Virus record (IMG/VR): IMGVR_UViG_2579778666_000005
Reading direction: 5' to 3' (one strand)
Source: a virus
Lineage: Duplodnaviria > Heunggongvirae > Uroviricota > Caudoviricetes
DNA length: 8,473 nt
Below the pieces are notes generated by a model. That model was not told where the DNA came from, did no database searches, and worked only from the letters and a program-made list of their open reading frames with translations. The position numbers and the translations under genes are program-made. Positions 7,197 through 8,473 of this stretch are shown piece by piece (the stretch's first letter is position 1; the number at the start of each line of letters is the position of its first letter).

Positions 7197-7697
7197 TTAA
7201 TGCAGATATTGCTCTGGTTTTACCGACGTCAGAATTGTCGGTGCATACTCAAACAGGCTGAATAATTCACGTAATGCACGGAATAAAGCATCACGCCAGT
7301 AACATGACTCTTCATTAATTCGCCAGTATGGCTGGTTGAATTCTTTTTCAGTCAATCCGGCATGCATAAATAAAGTACGACGCTGACTGACTGTTAAAAA
7401 ACTAATATATGCATACTCACTTGCGCCAACCTGACGGCGTTTTGAGAATGCCCCACGCAATTCATCAATTGCACAAACCAGCCGTTCACGTTCGACGTCG
7501 TTCATTTCTTCAAAACGCATCGTTGCATGACGTTGTTTTAACTGCGCATGAAAGCAAACCGTTAGCCGTTCGCGTTCCATCATCTGATTATAATAATCAC
7601 ATGTATCCTGCCAGCGAGGGACGGCCAGATGCTTACCAATTATCCGGCGCATAGCTGCTGGCTGTTTTTCAACGAGATTAAGCGTCATCACTGTCAT
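7197..7697 (-). CDS. B: P2 gpB-like replication protein (helicase-loader role in P2), 166 aa
   Basis: Length 166 aa and N-terminus MTVMTLNLVEKQPAAMRRIIGKHLAVPRWQD... match my recollection of P2 gpB. GGAGGG SD 9 nt upstream; ATGA overlap with the upstream ORF. Confidence 0.8.
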   Translation of the reverse strand: MTVMTLNLVEKQPAAMRRIIGKHLAVPRWQDTCDYYNQMMERERLTVCFHAQLKQRHATMRFEEMNDVERERLVCAIDELRGAFSKRRQVGASEYAYISFLTVSQRRTLFMHAGLTEKEFNQPYWRINEESCYWRDALFRALRELFSLFEYAPTILTSVKPEQYLH

Positions 7698-7864
7698 TTC
7701 CAGACCCTCCGGCTTTTCAGAAAGGTCAGAGCCTTCTTTAACGGACTCTGTTTTTTGGTGCGGATAATGATTCCCTTGCGTCCCTTCCCGTGGGTGATGG
7801 TGAAGTCAATCGCCCTGGGGCTTTCGTTACGCAGTAACTGAGCAATACAACGCGGTTCACTCAT
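7694..7864 (-). CDS. Small basic protein, 56 aa from the ATG at 7864 (65 aa if 7891 is used); by position possibly the P2 orf78 equivalent
   Basis: Lys/Arg-rich C-terminus. The ATG at 7862..7864 overlaps the stop of the truncated upstream ORF (ATGAGTGA), typical of translational coupling. The ATG at 7891 has no SD and an in-frame stop just upstream. Confidence 0.5.
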   Translation of the reverse strand: MSEPRCIAQLLRNESPRAIDFTITHGKGRKGIIIRTKKQSPLKKALTFLKSRRVWK

Positions 7865-8033
7865 AATCACAACCCCATCCACAAAAGCCATGCATCACGC
7901 TGTTCAACTGGTCGGTTATAAAACGCCTCTCGTACAGCGCGATTAAACTCTGGAATGAAAACCCACTTCTCACCGACACGGGCGTTCGGCTTACTTGGAT
8001 CACGAAGCTCAATAACTGGCAATTTATTCTCTT
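7857..8033 (-). pseudogene. 3' fragment (58 codons plus stop) of an early-operon gene truncated by the IS629-like insertion; possibly a cox-like first gene
   Basis: One minus-strand frame is open from the IS junction (8033) to a TGA at 7857..7859, giving KRINCQLLSFVIQVSRTPVSVRSGFSFQSLIALYERRFITDQLNSVMHGFCGWGCDYE*. It has no start codon in the prophage-derived sequence. The sequence does not match my recollection of P2 Cox, so identity is uncertain. Confidence 0.4.
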
Positions 8034-8087
8034 TGAACCGCCCCGGGAATCCTGGAGACTAAACTTCCTGAGAAAGAGGTAAACAGG

Positions 8088-8414
8088 ATGACTAAAAATA
8101 CTCGTTTTTCCCCCGAAGTCCGTCAGAGGGCGATTCGTATGGTTCTGGAAAGTCAGGGCGAATATGACTCACAGTGGGCGGCAATTTGTTCCATTGCCCC
8201 AAAGATTGGCTGTACACCGGAGACTCTGCGTGTCTGGGTACGCCAGCATGAGCGGGATACCGGAGGCGGTGATGGCGGGCTCACCACCGCTGAACGTCAG
8301 CGTCTGAAAGAGCTGGAACGTGAAAATCGTGAACTGCGCCGCAGTAACGATATCCTTCGCCAGGCTTCCGCTTATTTTGCGAAGGCGGAGTTCGACCGCC
8401 TCTGGAAAAAATGA
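8088..8414 (+). CDS. IS3-family transposase OrfA (HTH and leucine-zipper part), 108 aa, IS629-like
   Basis: [85 protein letters not shown]... matches IS629 OrfA as I recall it to within a few residues. ATG with an upstream GAGG/AGG. Confidence 0.9.
   Translation: MTKNTRFSPEVRQRAIRMVLESQGEYDSQWAAICSIAPKIGCTPETLRVWVRQHERDTGGGDGGLTTAERQRLKELERENRELRRSNDILRQASAYFAKAEFDRLWKK
8406..8411 (+). other. Putative programmed -1 ribosomal frameshift slippery run (A6) at the orfA/orfB junction
   Basis: gg aaa aaa tga: the A6 run at 8406..8411 sits immediately before the orfA stop with orfB open in the -1 frame. This is the arrangement IS3-family elements use to make the OrfAB fusion transposase. Confidence 0.5.
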
Positions 8415-8473
8415 TGCCACTGCTGGATAAGCTGCGTGAGCAGTACGGGGTCGGACCGCTATGCAGCGAACTG
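8411..8473 (+). CDS. IS3-family transposase OrfB, 5' end only (truncated by the window), in the -1 frame relative to OrfA
   Basis: [21 protein letters not shown] begins at the ATGATG at 8411, overlapping the orfA stop; classic orfA/orfB arrangement. Confidence 0.8.
   Translation, partial: MMPLLDKLREQYGVGPLCSEL

Larger units (their letters stand above)
8034..8473 (+). mobile_element. Left end of an IS629/IS1203/IS3411-like IS3-family insertion sequence (partial; continues beyond the window)
   Basis: Begins tgaaccgccccgggaatcctggagact..., a typical IS3-family 5'-TG terminus, followed by orfA and the start of orfB in the -1 frame. Boundary is uncertain by a few nt. Confidence 0.85.

Noticed and set aside
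7409-7841. Plus-strand ORFs 7409..7654 and 7629..7841
   Set aside because: Antisense to gene B and the small basic protein gene; no start-site support.
8169-8420. 83-aa minus-strand ORF inside IS629 orfA
   Set aside because: Antisense to a confidently identified transposase OrfA.
1-8473. CRISPR arrays, tRNA or rRNA genes
   Set aside because: No regularly spaced direct repeats and no cloverleaf-like or rRNA-like segments seen on reading the sequence; the window is almost fully accounted for by protein-coding genes and the two IS elements.
1-8473. IS4 and IS629 forming a composite transposon around the prophage segment
   Set aside because: The two elements belong to unrelated families (IS4 versus IS3), so they cannot act as cognate ends of one composite transposon; independent insertions are more likely.

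Overview
This window looks like the early/replication arm of a P2-like prophage from an Escherichia/Shigella-type genome, bracketed by two unrelated insertion sequences. A complete IS4 copy (1426 bp, positions 2..1427, transposase on the minus strand) sits on the left and the left end of an IS629-like IS3-family element starts at about 8034 on the right. Between them, all on the minus strand, is a tightly coupled operon: a truncated 5' ORF cut by the IS, a small basic protein, gene B, three small ORFs including a TraR/DksA-type zinc finger, and the HUH rolling-circle replication endonuclease gene A. Downstream of A, where P2 itself carries orf91/tin/old, there is an AT-rich two-gene cassette preceded by a near-consensus LexA box. 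It encodes a small DEDDh 3'-5' exonuclease and a 547-aa protein combining a HipA-like kinase catalytic loop with a C-terminal HIRAN domain. I do not recognise this pair as a described system; it is the main candidate for something new here, plausibly an SOS-responsive anti-phage or abortive-infection module. All domain calls rest on motifs read by eye and on recalled protein sequences; no database search was run.
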